Assembly (NCBI GenBank): GCA_964653745.1
Contig: CAZZHC010000002.1
Coordinates: 1-38,777, forward strand
Length of the DNA: 38,777 nucleotides
Reading direction: 5' to 3'
Source: an uncultured Gammaproteobacteria bacterium
GTDB taxonomy: Bacteria > Patescibacteriota > Microgenomatia > Daviesbacterales > UBA10151
The notes below the pieces were generated by a model. That model had not been told where the DNA came from, did no database searches, and saw only the letters and a program-made list of their open reading frames with translations. Within the stretch, counting starts at the first letter, position 1. Each line of letters starts with the position of its first letter. Positions 6,557 through 16,689 of this stretch are shown piece after piece. The position numbers and the translations under genes are program-made.

Positions 6557-6910
6557 ATGGAAGTTACAACTATACAAAAATATATTCATACATCGCCCAG
6601 AAAGCTCAAATTAGTAGCAGATTTGGTGAGGGCTCTAAAGCCTGATCAAGCTCTTCAGACATTGGAATTTACCAATAAAGCTGCTGCTAGACCTTTGGCC
6701 AAAGCAATCAAGACAGTGCTTGCTTCTGCCAGACAGCAAAATTTAAAAGAGGCTGACCTAACTTTTAAAAAATTAGAAATTAATGAAGGACCGATATTAA
6801 AAAGAATGCGGGCAGGGTCTCGGGGTCATGCCGATCCTTATACAAAAAGAACCAGCCACATCAAAATAGTGCTAAGTGATGAAGGAGGTAATAATGGGAC
6901 AAAAAATTAA
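6557..6910 (+). CDS. rplV: 50S ribosomal protein L22
   Basis: IHTSPRKLKLVADLVR... matches the L22 family, in the canonical order. Confidence 0.95.
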   Translation: MEVTTIQKYIHTSPRKLKLVADLVRALKPDQALQTLEFTNKAAARPLAKAIKTVLASARQQNLKEADLTFKKLEINEGPILKRMRAGSRGHADPYTKRTSHIKIVLSDEGGNNGTKN

Positions 6911-7535
6911 TCCGGTTGGTTTTAGGATGGGGGCAGCAGCCACTTGGCAATCAAGGTGGTTTGCTGACAGTAGAAAATACCGCCAGTATGTGATTGAAGA
7001 TTTAAAACTGCGAGACTTTTTGATGAAAAAGTTAAAGCCGGCTGGAGTAATCCGGGTGGAAATTGAAAGAGCTGGCAATAAAATTAAAGTGATTATTTTT
7101 GTGGCCAGACCGGGAGTATTAATTGGTCGTGGTGGAGCAGGGTTAACAGAACTTAAGAAAATGGTGATGAAAGTGCTTGGTACCGAAGATGAAAATGTAA
7201 TAGAAATTGCTCCAATGGATATTAAATCACCTGATTTATCTGCTTACTTAGTGGCTCAAAATATTGCTGACCAATTAATCAAGAGGTTGCCAGCTCAAAG
7301 AGTGATGAATCAAACAGTGGAAAGAGTGATGAGATCTGGAGCCAAAGGGGTAAAGATCCTTTTATCAGGTCGGATTGGGGGAGCAGAAATTGCCAGACGA
7401 GAGTCAAAATCATCCGGTAGTATGCCACTTCATACTCTTCGTCAAGATATTGATTTTGCCGCCATTCCAGCTTTGACTAAATCGGGTTATGTGGGAGTTA
7501 AAGTCTGGATTAACAGAGGGGAGGCAGAAATTTAA
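6894..7535 (+). CDS. rpsC: 30S ribosomal protein S3
   Basis: MGQKINPVGFRMG... is the conserved S3 start, with a GGAGG RBS upstream. The ORF-track start at 6876 is probably too early. Confidence 0.95.
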   Translation: MGQKINPVGFRMGAAATWQSRWFADSRKYRQYVIEDLKLRDFLMKKLKPAGVIRVEIERAGNKIKVIIFVARPGVLIGRGGAGLTELKKMVMKVLGTEDENVIEIAPMDIKSPDLSAYLVAQNIADQLIKRLPAQRVMNQTVERVMRSGAKGVKILLSGRIGGAEIARRESKSSGSMPLHTLRQDIDFAAIPALTKSGYVGVKVWINRGEAEI

Positions 7536-7951
7536 TGGCACTATTGGTACCAAAAAGAGCTAAATATCGAAAGGCCTTCCGTGGTAAACGCGGTGGAGTG
7601 GCTGCCAGAACTAATACTTTATCATTTGGCACTTTTGGTTTAAAGTCAGCTGATCGTGGCTGGATTTCGTCTAGACAGCTGGAGGCAGCCAGACGTGCTA
7701 TTACCCATTTTACCGCCCGAGGTGGAAGGCTTTGGATTAGGGTTTTTCCTGATAAACCAGTTACCAAGCATCCAGCAGAATCTAGGATGGGATCTGGTAA
7801 AGGTGATGTGATAGGATATGTAGCAGTTGTAAAGCCCGGAACAATGATTTTTGAAATGGGGGCAGTATCTAAAGAAATTGCTGCTGAAGCCTTGAGGTTA
7901 GCTGCCCATAAATTACCAATTAAAACGAGGTTGGTGAATAAAGAAGATTAA
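7535..7951 (+). CDS. rplP: 50S ribosomal protein L16
   Basis: MALLVPKRAKYRKAFRGKRGG...RMGSGKGD. Confidence 0.97.
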   Translation: MALLVPKRAKYRKAFRGKRGGVAARTNTLSFGTFGLKSADRGWISSRQLEAARRAITHFTARGGRLWIRVFPDKPVTKHPAESRMGSGKGDVIGYVAVVKPGTMIFEMGAVSKEIAAEALRLAAHKLPIKTRLVNKED

Positions 7952-7955
7952 AAAC

Positions 7956-8186
7956 ATGAAAAAAAATGAATTGGCAGAAATTAAAAAAATGGACCCAAAA
8001 GCTTTACTTACTAAAGTTAAAACAAGCCAGGGGGAGCTTTTGGATTTGGTGATGGATCGAAATATGAATAAAGCTACTAATAAAAAAGGAGCTCAAAATA
8101 AAAGAAAAGAAATTGCCCAAATGTTAACAGTTTTAAAACAAAAACAACTAATTAGTAAAATAGAGGAGGAACATGGTAGTAAGTAA
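7956..8186 (+). CDS. rpmC: 50S ribosomal protein L29
   Basis: 76-aa helical K-rich ORF in the canonical slot between rplP and rpsQ. Confidence 0.9.
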   Translation: MKKNELAEIKKMDPKALLTKVKTSQGELLDLVMDRNMNKATNKKGAQNKRKEIAQMLTVLKQKQLISKIEEEHGSK

Positions 8187-8616
8187 AGATCAAAAAATTA
8201 AGAAAGTAAAAAAAGAAATCAAAGAACCAAAAGTTAAAGAAACTAAAGTGGTAGAAGAAAAGCCAATATTAAAAGCTGTCCAAGTGATGCGTGGACTAGT
8301 CATTGCTGCTAAATCTCCCAAGACTGTAGTGGTATCGGTGGAGAGAAGAAAAGTACACCCACTTTATGGTAAATCTTTTATCAGAAGTAAAAAATATTTA
8401 GTTCATGATGAAGTGGGTGTGAAAGCAGGTGATGTGGTGGAAATAAAACCCTGCAGGCCAATCTCTAAAAATAAACACTTTGCAGTTGTAAAAGTTGTTG
8501 GTAAAAAGATTGAGACTTTGATTGAAGCAGAGTTGAAAGAACGGGCAGCCGAAGAAATAGCTGAAATTTTGCCACAAGAACCACAAGAAATTGAAAATGA
8601 AAAGGAGAAAGCATAA
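8173..8616 (+). CDS. rpsQ: 30S ribosomal protein S17 with N- and C-terminal extensions
   Basis: The core MRGLVIAAKSPKTVVVSVERRKVHPLYGKSF...KPCRPISKNKHF is S17. It is preceded by about 38 Lys-rich aa and followed by an acidic tail. An alternative internal ATG at 8287 is possible. Confidence 0.88.
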   Translation: MVVSKDQKIKKVKKEIKEPKVKETKVVEEKPILKAVQVMRGLVIAAKSPKTVVVSVERRKVHPLYGKSFIRSKKYLVHDEVGVKAGDVVEIKPCRPISKNKHFAVVKVVGKKIETLIEAELKERAAEEIAEILPQEPQEIENEKEKA

Positions 8617-8985
8617 ATGGTACAACATCGAACAATGTTAAAAGTGGCTGATAATAGTGGAGCTAAAATTGTCCAGGTTATTCAACCCTTGGGCGGTTCT
8701 GGTAAAAGAAAAGCAACTATTAGTGAAATAGTGGTGGGGGTAGTGAAAGAGGCTGATCCTAATGGTCAGGTTAAAAGCGCTGAAATTGTTAAGGCTTTAA
8801 TTGTCAGGGCTAGAAAAGAGATTAGGAGAGACGATGGTTCTTATATTAAATTTGATGATAATGCTGCCGTCATTATTGATAAAGATGGTAATTTGCGAGC
8901 TACTCGGGTATTTGGACCAATTGCCCGGGAAGTTAGAGAAAAAGGTTTTACTAAAATTGCCTCACTGGCGCCGGAGGTATGGTAA
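8617..8985 (+). CDS. rplN: 50S ribosomal protein L14
   Basis: [17 protein letters not shown]...[12 protein letters not shown]-type L14 sequence. Confidence 0.97.
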   Translation: MVQHRTMLKVADNSGAKIVQVIQPLGGSGKRKATISEIVVGVVKEADPNGQVKSAEIVKALIVRARKEIRRDDGSYIKFDDNAAVIIDKDGNLRATRVFGPIAREVREKGFTKIASLAPEVW

Positions 8986-9001
8986 TTCGACGACGCTCAT
9001 T

Positions 9002-9322
9002 ATGAAAATTAAAAAAGACGACACTGTACAAATACTTTTGGGAAAAGACCGGGGTAAAACTGGTAAAGTCCTGCGTGTCATCACCAAAGATAATAAAGTT
9101 TTGGTTGAGGGGGTTAATATGGTTAAAAGACATGTTAAAAAAAGCGGTCAATTTGAAGGTGGGGTACTTGATTTAGCCAAGCCAGTCAATATTAGTAATG
9201 TGATTCTGGTTTGTCCAAATTGTAAAAAAGCCACCAGGGTAGGTTTTAAAGTGGACAATGGAACAAAAATAAGGATATGCAAAAAATGCAAGGAGGTAAT
9301 TAATGTCAAGATTAAAAAATAA
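9002..9322 (+). CDS. rplX: 50S ribosomal protein L24 (KOW domain plus CxxC...CxxC C-terminal ribbon)
   Basis: MKIKKDDTVQILLGKDRGKTGKVLRV is the L24 KOW start. The upstream part of ORF 8801-9322 overlaps rplN and was discarded. Confidence 0.93.
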   Translation: MKIKKDDTVQILLGKDRGKTGKVLRVITKDNKVLVEGVNMVKRHVKKSGQFEGGVLDLAKPVNISNVILVCPNCKKATRVGFKVDNGTKIRICKKCKEVINVKIKK

Positions 9323-9854
9323 ATATCAACAAGAAATAATGCCTAAATTAAAAGAAGAATTTGGTATAAAAAATGATTTAGCGGTGCCACAAGTTGCCAA
9401 AATTGTCATCAATGTGGGGATGGGTGATGCCAAAGAAGATCAGGCCATGGCTGAAAAAGTGGTGGAAAATTTGAAAGCTTTATCTGGTCAAAAACCAGTG
9501 GTCACCAAGGCTAAAGGCTCAATTTCTGGTTTTAAGTTGGTCAAGGGTCAAATAGTGGGGGCAATGGTCACACTGCGGGGAGATCGGATGTATGATTTTT
9601 TGGATAAATTGGTAAGTATTGTATTACCAAAAGTGCGAGATTTTCGTGGAGTGTCTGCCAATTCTTTTGACAACCAGGGCAATTTTAATTTGGGCCTTCG
9701 GGAACAGGCCATTTTCCCTGAAATAAGCTTTCAACAAGAGGCCCGAGGTAGTAAAATAAGAGGCTTGGAAATAACTATTGTGACAACTGCCAAAGATAAA
9801 GAACAAGGCAGGAAACTACTAGAACTATTAGGCATGCCTTTTAGTAAAAATTAG
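9303..9854 (+). CDS. rplE: 50S ribosomal protein L5
   Basis: [21 protein letters not shown]...[28 protein letters not shown]. Confidence 0.97.
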   Translation: MSRLKNKYQQEIMPKLKEEFGIKNDLAVPQVAKIVINVGMGDAKEDQAMAEKVVENLKALSGQKPVVTKAKGSISGFKLVKGQIVGAMVTLRGDRMYDFLDKLVSIVLPKVRDFRGVSANSFDNQGNFNLGLREQAIFPEISFQQEARGSKIRGLEITIVTTAKDKEQGRKLLELLGMPFSKN

Positions 9855-9862
9855 GGAGTTAT

Positions 9863-10042
9863 ATGGCAAAAACAAGCAACATTGTTAAAAGATCGGAAAA
9901 ATTTCAGGTTAGATACCATAGCCGCTGTTTGCGCTGTGGCAGGTCACGGTTTGTTTACCGAAGATTTGGTTTATGTAGACTTTGTTTTCGGGAACTGGCT
10001 CATGCTGGACAATTGCCCGGCGTGAAGAAAGCGAGTTGGTAA
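9863..10042 (+). CDS. rpsN: 30S ribosomal protein S14, zinc-binding type Z (59 aa; below the ORF-track cutoff)
   Basis: Manual translation gives [59 protein letters not shown]. It has CxxC...CxxC and sits in the canonical slot between rplE and rpsH. Confidence 0.93.
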   Translation: MAKTSNIVKRSEKFQVRYHSRCLRCGRSRFVYRRFGLCRLCFRELAHAGQLPGVKKASW

Positions 10043-10428
10043 TGCAAGATAAAGTTGGAGATTTATTAATTCGAATTAAAAATGGTTACATGGCCCGTCG
10101 AAGTGAGGTATCAGTTTTGCGCTCCAAGCTCAACTTGGCAATTTGTAAGCTACTGGTTAAAGAAGGTTTTGTTAAAGAATGTGAGGAGGGTGAGCGGGAA
10201 ATTAAGATAGTTTTAAAGTATGAAGGCCTATCCCGCAAAAACCCGGCCCTAACTGATGTTAAAAGAGTATCAAAACCGGGCAGACGTGTATACATGGGTC
10301 GCAAATTATTGCCTCGTGTTCAAGGAGGACTAGGTATAGCCATAATTTCTACCCCCAAAGGGGTTATGACTGATAAAACAGCACGAAAGGAGAATGTGGG
10401 CGGAGAAGTAATGGCCTACGTTTGGTAA
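10042..10428 (+). CDS. rpsH: 30S ribosomal protein S8
   Basis: [20 protein letters not shown]... is the S8 N-terminus. The ATG overlaps the rpsN stop by 1 nt, and the ORF-track start at 9982 was rejected. Confidence 0.95.
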   Translation: MQDKVGDLLIRIKNGYMARRSEVSVLRSKLNLAICKLLVKEGFVKECEEGEREIKIVLKYEGLSRKNPALTDVKRVSKPGRRVYMGRKLLPRVQGGLGIAIISTPKGVMTDKTARKENVGGEVMAYVW

Positions 10429-10431
10429 TTT

Positions 10432-10983
10432 ATGTCTCGAGTAGGAAATGCACCAATTATTATACCTTCAACAGTTAATGTCGAAATTGATGGACACCAT
10501 GTCTTAGTTAAAGGTCCTCAAGGGGTTTTGGAGGCTGATTTTAGGCCAGAGATTAAAATTGAACAAGAAGATGGCAAAGTCTTAGTTAAACGCAAAAAGG
10601 AAGATAAATTATCTAAATCATTGCATGGTTTGACCAGATCGCTAATTGCTAATATGATCTTGGGTGTTGAAAAAGGCTGGCAGAAAAAATTAGAACTGGT
10701 AGGAGTGGGATTTCGGGCCCAAACAAATGGAGAAAAATTAACTTTGGCAGTTGGTTTTTCCCACCAGGTTGAAATTGACGCCCCAGAGGGGATTAAATTT
10801 ACAGTTGAGGATAACACTAAAATTACAGTAGAGGGTATTAATAAAGAATTAGTAGGACAAGTTGCTGCTAAAATTAGGGCAGTCCGTCGCCCCGAGCCAT
10901 ATAAAGGAAAAGGAATTCGTTACGCGGGCGAGTATATTAGACGCAAAGCCGGTAAAGCTGGCAAAGTAGGAGCAGGAGCCTGA
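10432..10983 (+). CDS. rplF: 50S ribosomal protein L6
   Basis: [21 protein letters not shown]...[11 protein letters not shown]. Confidence 0.97.
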   Translation: MSRVGNAPIIIPSTVNVEIDGHHVLVKGPQGVLEADFRPEIKIEQEDGKVLVKRKKEDKLSKSLHGLTRSLIANMILGVEKGWQKKLELVGVGFRAQTNGEKLTLAVGFSHQVEIDAPEGIKFTVEDNTKITVEGINKELVGQVAAKIRAVRRPEPYKGKGIRYAGEYIRRKAGKAGKVGAGA

Positions 10984-10987
10984 AGAT

Positions 10988-11329
10988 ATGAAAAAATATA
11001 GTGGTAGAATAAAAAGACATTTTAGTATTAGAAAATATGTCCGTGGGACAACTAAACGCCCAAGGCTAGCAGTGTTTCGTTCCGGCAAGCATGTTTATGG
11101 ACAAGTGATTGATGATAGCTTGGGTAAAACCTTAGCTTTTGCTTCTGATCTAAAAATTACTAAAAAAAGTGCTAAACAAGATTTAGCTTTTGAAGTCGGC
11201 AAAAGTTTGGCAGAAAAAGCTGTTAAAAAAGGTATTTCAGAAGTTGTTTTTGATCGGGGTGGATTTTTATATCACGGCCGGATTAAAAAACTGGCTGAAG
11301 GTGCCAGAGAGGGAGGATTAAAATTCTAA
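10988..11329 (+). CDS. rplR: 50S ribosomal protein L18
   Basis: [20 protein letters not shown]...[26 protein letters not shown]. Confidence 0.97.
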   Translation: MKKYSGRIKRHFSIRKYVRGTTKRPRLAVFRSGKHVYGQVIDDSLGKTLAFASDLKITKKSAKQDLAFEVGKSLAEKAVKKGISEVVFDRGGFLYHGRIKKLAEGAREGGLKF

Positions 11330-11330
11330 A

Positions 11331-11825
11331 ATGAACCCAGATATTATTCAACCAGAATTTTTTGAAAAAGTCATCCAAATAAATAGTATGTCAAAAAAAA
11401 CTAAATGTAGAAATAAAAGATCTCTGTCAGTTATAGTGGTGGCTGGTGATAAAAAAGGCCGAGTGAGAGTAGGGCTTGGTAAAGCAGCGGATGTTCAATC
11501 AGCAGTTAGAAAAGCAGGAGCTTATGCTAAAAAACATTTGATCTTAGTACCAATGGTTGATAATAGAACCATTACTCATCCCATTACTGTAAAATTGGGT
11601 GCTGCCAGGGTGATGTTAAAACCTGCTCCAGCTGGAACCGGAATTATCGCTGGAGGAGCAGTTAGAGTGGTGGTTGAAGCAGCAGGAATTTCTGATGTGG
11701 TGTCTAAAATTTTGGGAACCAGCAATCAGGCATCAAATGTTTATGCTACCATAGAAGCTTTAAAAAGGTTAAAGACAATTAAACCAAGAGAGGTTGAGAA
11801 AAAGGAAAAAGGGAGGCAGTCATGA
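11331..11825 (+). CDS. rpsE: 30S ribosomal protein S5
   Basis: VVAGDKKGRVRVGLGKAADVQSAVRKA...PAPAGTGIIAGGAVR. Confidence 0.96.
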   Translation: MNPDIIQPEFFEKVIQINSMSKKTKCRNKRSLSVIVVAGDKKGRVRVGLGKAADVQSAVRKAGAYAKKHLILVPMVDNRTITHPITVKLGAARVMLKPAPAGTGIIAGGAVRVVVEAAGISDVVSKILGTSNQASNVYATIEALKRLKTIKPREVEKKEKGRQS

Positions 11826-12262
11826 AACTCCACAAACTTACTAAAGTTACTACTAGATCCAAAAAAAGAATAGGTCGGGGTTTAGGCTCTGGCAAGGGTA
11901 AGACTGGCGGTCGAGGTACCAAGGGACAAAAAGCCAGAGGAAGAGTGGCGGCCGGATTTATTGGTGGAACTTTACCGATTTATAAAAAAATACCATTTAG
12001 AAGAGGTTTGGGTAATCCTAAAAGAAGTACTAAAATGGTACCAATGGCTTTATCTAAACTGGAACTTTTTACGACAGGTTCAACAGTTGATTTACAAGGC
12101 TTAATTGATAAGGGTTTGATTTTAGAGAAGCAGGCTAAAAAATTTGGTGTTAAAATTGTAGGTAATGGAGAAATATCTAAAAAACTCACTATTGCTTTAC
12201 CAACAACTGCCTCAGCCAAAACTGCAATTGAAAAAGCAGGGGGGAAAGTAGTCAGTGGCTAA
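11822..12262 (+). CDS. rplO: 50S ribosomal protein L15
   Basis: [39 protein letters not shown]. The start overlaps the rpsE stop (ATGA), which leaves no room for rpmD. Confidence 0.96.
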   Translation: MKLHKLTKVTTRSKKRIGRGLGSGKGKTGGRGTKGQKARGRVAAGFIGGTLPIYKKIPFRRGLGNPKRSTKMVPMALSKLELFTTGSTVDLQGLIDKGLILEKQAKKFGVKIVGNGEISKKLTIALPTTASAKTAIEKAGGKVVSG

Positions 12263-13541
12263 TTTCCTTTCGCCAATCTTAAACTCTTTTAAAATCCCTG
12301 AACTGCGTCGAAAAATCATTATCACTGCCATCATTATGGTAGTTTACCGAATTGCTGCCCATATTCCAGTTGGAGGAGTGAATTTGGCCTCACTTAAATC
12401 TTTATTTGAAGGCAATCAATTTTTAGGTCTGCTTGATATTTTTTCTGGGGGAACTTTAGCCAACTTTTCTATTATTTCTTTAGGGCTTAATCCTTACATC
12501 AACGCTTCAATTATTATTCAACTTTTAACCATGGTTTTCCCATCACTTGAGGCATTATCGAAAGAGGGCGAATATGGCAGGCAAAAAATTAACCAGTACA
12601 CAAGATATTTGACAGTACCATTGTCTATTGTCCAAGCCATTGGGATGTTTACCCTGTTAAGAAATCAAGGAATTGTGGAGGTGGCAACCCCACTTTCCAT
12701 CTTGGCATTGATTGTGACTATGGCCGCTGGGACCATATTGGCAATGTGGTTTGGGGAACTGATTACTGAATATGGGATTGGTAATGGGATCTCTCTGTTA
12801 ATTTTTGCTGGAATTGTGGCTCAAGCGCCAGTGGCTTTAGTCAAAACAATGTCTGTAATTGATACCCAGCAAATACTCAACTTGCTGCTTTTTGTGGCGC
12901 TGGGTATAGCAGTAACGGCTGGTATTGTCTTGATTAATGAAGCCAGGCGTCAAATTGTAATTCAATATGCCAGAAGATTTATTGGCGGACGTGAAGTGGG
13001 GGGAGCCTCAACTTATTTGCCACTGCGAGTTAATCAAGCAGGAGTTATCCCAATTATTTTTGCTGTTTCTTTGGTGCTGGTACCTTCATTCGCCGGTCAA
13101 TATTTATCTAATTTGTCTCAACCTGGCCTGGCTGTTTTTGGCAGGTGGTTGGTCACCCACTTTCAGGTTCAATCTTTAACCTACAATCTATCTTATTTCC
13201 TGCTGGTAATAGGTTTTACTTATTTTTATACAGCAGTGGTTTTTAACCCTAACAAAATTGCTGAAGACATTCAAAAATCCGGAGCTTTTATTGCTGGTGT
13301 CAGACCTGGAGTCGCCACGGCGACTTATTTAAACTACATCTTAACCAGAATTACTTTGGCTGGGGCGGTCTTTTTGGGAATTGTGGCTATTTTACCATCA
13401 ATTGTTTCTCAAATTACCAATTTTTCCACAATTGCTTTGGGGGGAACTGGTATTTTGATTGTGGTATCAGTCATTTTAGACACCGCCAAACAGTTTGAAA
13501 GTAAATTAGTGGAAAGGAACTACGAGTCATTTCTAAAGTAG
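12255..13541 (+). CDS. secY: preprotein translocase subunit SecY
   Basis: 428-aa polytopic ORF with [26 protein letters not shown] and [15 protein letters not shown] motifs. The start is probably GTG. Confidence 0.95.
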   Translation: MANFLSPILNSFKIPELRRKIIITAIIMVVYRIAAHIPVGGVNLASLKSLFEGNQFLGLLDIFSGGTLANFSIISLGLNPYINASIIIQLLTMVFPSLEALSKEGEYGRQKINQYTRYLTVPLSIVQAIGMFTLLRNQGIVEVATPLSILALIVTMAAGTILAMWFGELITEYGIGNGISLLIFAGIVAQAPVALVKTMSVIDTQQILNLLLFVALGIAVTAGIVLINEARRQIVIQYARRFIGGREVGGASTYLPLRVNQAGVIPIIFAVSLVLVPSFAGQYLSNLSQPGLAVFGRWLVTHFQVQSLTYNLSYFLLVIGFTYFYTAVVFNPNKIAEDIQKSGAFIAGVRPGVATATYLNYILTRITLAGAVFLGIVAILPSIVSQITNFSTIALGGTGILIVVSVILDTAKQFESKLVERNYESFLK

Positions 13542-13550
13542 AGCTAAAAG

Positions 13551-14090
13551 ATGAGAATTTTGGTCACTGGTCCTCAAGGCTCTGGTAAAACCACCCAAGC
13601 TCAAATTTTGGCCAATAAATTAGGTATACTTTTGGTAGACGCTGGGGAGATGCTTCGTAAATTGGCCGAGCAGAAAAGTTTAGAAGGAGTAGAGGTAAAG
13701 GACGAGTTGAATAAGGGTGAGCTAGTTGAAGATGAAATTGTGGCGGGTTTGGTCAAAGAGGAAGTGGGAAAGTCAGCTTATCAAAAAGGGTATGTTATGG
13801 ATGGATACCCTCGGACCATGGATTCATTAAAATTATTTGATCCTTGCTTTGACCAAGTTTTTTACCTGGATGTATCAGATGAGGAGGTAGAAAAAAGATT
13901 GTTGGCACGAGGTAGATCTGATGATACACCTACTTTAATTCGGGAAAGGCTTATGCTCTACCACCAAAATACTCAAGCAGTGTTGGATTATTATCAAAAC
14001 TTGGGCAAATTAGTCAAAATTGATGCTAGAGGCGGTATTGAGCAAATTGCTCAAGAAATTGACAGAAAGTTGGTTACTTCTAATGAGTAG
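13551..14090 (+). CDS. adk: adenylate kinase, short-LID form (179 aa)
   Basis: P-loop GPQGSGKTT, DGYPRT and RGRSDD motifs. There is no Cys4 or long LID insert. Confidence 0.9.
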   Translation: MRILVTGPQGSGKTTQAQILANKLGILLVDAGEMLRKLAEQKSLEGVEVKDELNKGELVEDEIVAGLVKEEVGKSAYQKGYVMDGYPRTMDSLKLFDPCFDQVFYLDVSDEEVEKRLLARGRSDDTPTLIRERLMLYHQNTQAVLDYYQNLGKLVKIDARGGIEQIAQEIDRKLVTSNE

Positions 14091-14838
14091 GGTACTCATT
14101 AGAAGTAAAGATGAGCTGGGGTTGATGAGAAAAAGCGGTTTAATTTCTGCCAAAGCTTTAAAAAAGACCTTAACTGCTGCCAGGCCGAGCGTGAGTTTGG
14201 CAGAACTTGATAAAATTGCCGAGGAAGAAATTATCAGATTGGGTGGTCAACCTTCTTTTAAAACAGTGCCGGGTTATTTTTGGACCACTTGTTTAACCAT
14301 CAATGATGAGGTGGTACATGGAACTCCTCGGGATATTAAACTAAAAGAAGGAGATGTTTTGGGAGTAGATTTAGGGGCAATTTACCAAGGTTGGCATAGT
14401 GATACTGCCTGGTCAATTGAGGTTGGTGGGTCAGAAAAAAATAAATTTTTGGAGGTTGGAGAGAAAACTTTATGGGAAGCAATTACTCAGGCGAGGGAAG
14501 GAAATAGAATTGGTGACATTTCATCAGCTATCCAAAAAGGTGTGGAAAAAGCAGGCTACGATGTAGTTAAAAGTCTGGCTGGTCATGGAGTGGGGAGGCA
14601 GCCACATGAAGATCCAGAAATTCCTGAATTTGGTAAAGCAGGGACAGGGTTAAAATTAAAATCTGGAATGACCTTGGCTATTGAGGTCATTTATGCCCAA
14701 GGCCGTGGTACAGTCTATGAGAAAGATGATGGCTGGACAATTGCAACTTCTGATGGAAGTTTAGGAGGGTTATTTGAAATGAGTGTGATTGTGGGTAAGA
14801 AAAAGGGGGAAATTTTAACAGATTGGCGAACAGTTTGA
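14083..14838 (+). CDS. map: methionine aminopeptidase type I
   Basis: MSRVLIRSKDELGLMRKSG..., VVHGTP, DLGAIYQGWHSD, GHGVGRQPHEDP and EVIY metal-ligand context. ATG 14083 overlaps the adk stop, and ORF-track start 14020 was rejected. Confidence 0.93.
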   Translation: MSRVLIRSKDELGLMRKSGLISAKALKKTLTAARPSVSLAELDKIAEEEIIRLGGQPSFKTVPGYFWTTCLTINDEVVHGTPRDIKLKEGDVLGVDLGAIYQGWHSDTAWSIEVGGSEKNKFLEVGEKTLWEAITQAREGNRIGDISSAIQKGVEKAGYDVVKSLAGHGVGRQPHEDPEIPEFGKAGTGLKLKSGMTLAIEVIYAQGRGTVYEKDDGWTIATSDGSLGGLFEMSVIVGKKKGEILTDWRTV

Positions 14839-14868
14839 GCCCAGAGTATTGTTTTTTCAAGCTAATTC

Positions 14869-14877
14869 TGTTAAAAT
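14869..14877 (+). promoter_or_regulatory. extended -10-like element tgttaaaat upstream of infA
   Basis: The same 9-mer as upstream of rpsJ, located 25 nt before the infA ATG in a 63-nt gap. Confidence 0.35.
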
Positions 14878-14901
14878 TATTAACTTGTAAGCCAAAAATT
14901 T

Positions 14902-15144
14902 ATGGATACAGATGCAATTGAAGTTGAAGGTAAGATTATTGAGGTGTTGCCCAATACCTTATTTCGGGTGGAAATTGACAGATCGCCCGATATACCGGAA
15001 CTTTTAGGGAGGGTGATTTTAGCTCACATTTCAGGTAAAATGCGCTTACATTATATTAAGCTTTTGGCAGGAGATCGGGTCAAAATTGAAATGAGCCCAA
15101 AATATGATCTTGATAAGGGACGGATTACTTTTAGACTAAAATAA
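14902..15144 (+). CDS. infA: translation initiation factor IF-1
   Basis: [20 protein letters not shown]...[29 protein letters not shown]-like S1-fold sequence. Confidence 0.95.
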   Translation: MDTDAIEVEGKIIEVLPNTLFRVEIDRSPDIPELLGRVILAHISGKMRLHYIKLLAGDRVKIEMSPKYDLDKGRITFRLK

Positions 15145-15145
15145 C

Positions 15146-15262
15146 ATGAAAGTGCAGGCGAGTATTAAAACAAGATGTAAATTTTGTAAAATTGTGAAGC
15201 GTGAAGGCGTGTTATACGTTATTTGTTCACGCGATCCAAGGCACAAACAAAGGCAAGGATAA
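15146..15262 (+). CDS. rpmJ: 50S ribosomal protein L36 (38 aa; below the ORF-track cutoff)
   Basis: Manual translation gives [38 protein letters not shown]. It sits in the canonical slot between infA and rpsM. Confidence 0.93.
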   Translation: MKVQASIKTRCKFCKIVKREGVLYVICSRDPRHKQRQG

Positions 15263-15264
15263 TT

Positions 15265-15660
15265 ATGGCTAGAATTGCAGGAGTAGAGCTACAAGAAAAT
15301 AAAAGGGTTGATATAGGACTAACCTATCTTTATGGGATAGGTAGATCTAACGTGAATAAAGTGATCGAAGATGCCGGAGTGGATGGAACCAAAAGAATTA
15401 AAGATTTAACTGATGAAGAAATTAATAAATTACAAAAAGCAGTTGATCAATTTAAAGTTGAAGGAGAACTTCACCAAGAAATTAACCAACATATTAGACG
15501 CTTGGAAGACATCGGAGCTTATCGCGGTATTAGGCACCGTCGAGGGTTACCAGTTCGCGGACAGCGGACCCGCTCTAATGCCAGGTCTCGGCGTGGTAAA
15601 AGAAAGACTGTAGGAACAGTTAGAAAAGAAGTAACGGCTAAAACAGGAGGAGCTAAGTAA
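15265..15660 (+). CDS. rpsM: 30S ribosomal protein S13
   Basis: [29 protein letters not shown]... is the S13 start. ORF-track start 15223 overlaps rpmJ and was rejected. Confidence 0.96.
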   Translation: MARIAGVELQENKRVDIGLTYLYGIGRSNVNKVIEDAGVDGTKRIKDLTDEEINKLQKAVDQFKVEGELHQEINQHIRRLEDIGAYRGIRHRRGLPVRGQRTRSNARSRRGKRKTVGTVRKEVTAKTGGAK

Positions 15661-15662
15661 CT

Positions 15663-16082
15663 ATGGCTAAAAAAATAATTAAAGCTAAATCAAAAATCTC
15701 CGCCAAGGGTGGTAAAAAAGAAACTAAGGCAAAAATTGTGCCAACTGGTCGTGTCTATGTAACTGCTACTTTTAATAATACGTTAATTACCTTAACTGAT
15801 CAGCAGGGGAATGCTTTGGCCTGGAGTTCAGCTGGAGCAGCTGGTTTTAAGGGTACCAGAAAATCAACACCTTTTGCTGCTATCACTGCTATGGAAAAAG
15901 TGGTGGAAAAAGCTAGGGCTTTAAGTATGAGTGCGGTTGAGGTTTATATTAAAGGTCCTGGACCAGGACGTGACGCCGCAGTAAGAGCCTTAAGAAGCGC
16001 GGGCTTGAATGTGACTATGATTGCCGATGTAACTCCTGTTCCTCATAATGGGCCACGCGCTGAGAAAAAGAGGAGAGTCTAA
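15663..16082 (+). CDS. rpsK: 30S ribosomal protein S11
   Basis: GRVYVTATFNNTLITLTDQQGNALAWSSAG..FKGTRKSTPFAA. Confidence 0.97.
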   Translation: MAKKIIKAKSKISAKGGKKETKAKIVPTGRVYVTATFNNTLITLTDQQGNALAWSSAGAAGFKGTRKSTPFAAITAMEKVVEKARALSMSAVEVYIKGPGPGRDAAVRALRSAGLNVTMIADVTPVPHNGPRAEKKRRV

Positions 16083-16688
16083 ATGGCAAGATATACCGGA
16101 CCAAAAAGAAAATTAAGCCGTCGCGAAGGAACACCCCTTTTTGCCAAAGATGTTTCCTATTTTGAAAGAAAAGGAACTGTACCCTTGGGACAACAACGTA
16201 CTAGCAGGGGCCGCCGCCGGGTATCAGAATACGGTATTCAGCTTCGGGAAAAACAAAAAGCTAAAAGAATGTACGGGATATTGGAAAGACAATTTTCTCG
16301 CTATTACCAAACGGCCAGTAAAAAAAGAGGCAATCGGGGTGAAGTATTGCTTCAATTGCTTGAAACCAGGTTGGATAATGTAGCTTATCGGTTAGGTTTT
16401 TCTCCTTCCCGGGCTGGAGCAAGACAGTTGGTTTCCCATGGTCATGTGAGTGTTGATAATAAAAAAGTTACTATTCCCTCATTTCAAGTTAAAGCTGGAT
16501 CAACTGTTGCTATTTTGGATAAAATGTTGGATAATACTCAGGTTAGAAAGAGTTTGGAGAGTCAACAAACCTTGCCAGGCTGGCTAGAAAGGAAAGCAGC
16601 GGTCGGCAAGGTTTTACGTGTGCCAACTAGGGAAGAGATGGAACCAGGCATTTCTGAACAACTAATAGTAGAATATTATAGTAGGTAA
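16083..16688 (+). CDS. rpsD: 30S ribosomal protein S4
   Basis: MARYTGPKRKLSRREGTPLF...RLDNVAYRLGFSPSRAGARQLVSHGHV. Confidence 0.97.
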   Translation: MARYTGPKRKLSRREGTPLFAKDVSYFERKGTVPLGQQRTSRGRRRVSEYGIQLREKQKAKRMYGILERQFSRYYQTASKKRGNRGEVLLQLLETRLDNVAYRLGFSPSRAGARQLVSHGHVSVDNKKVTIPSFQVKAGSTVAILDKMLDNTQVRKSLESQQTLPGWLERKAAVGKVLRVPTREEMEPGISEQLIVEYYSR

Positions 16689-16689
16689 T

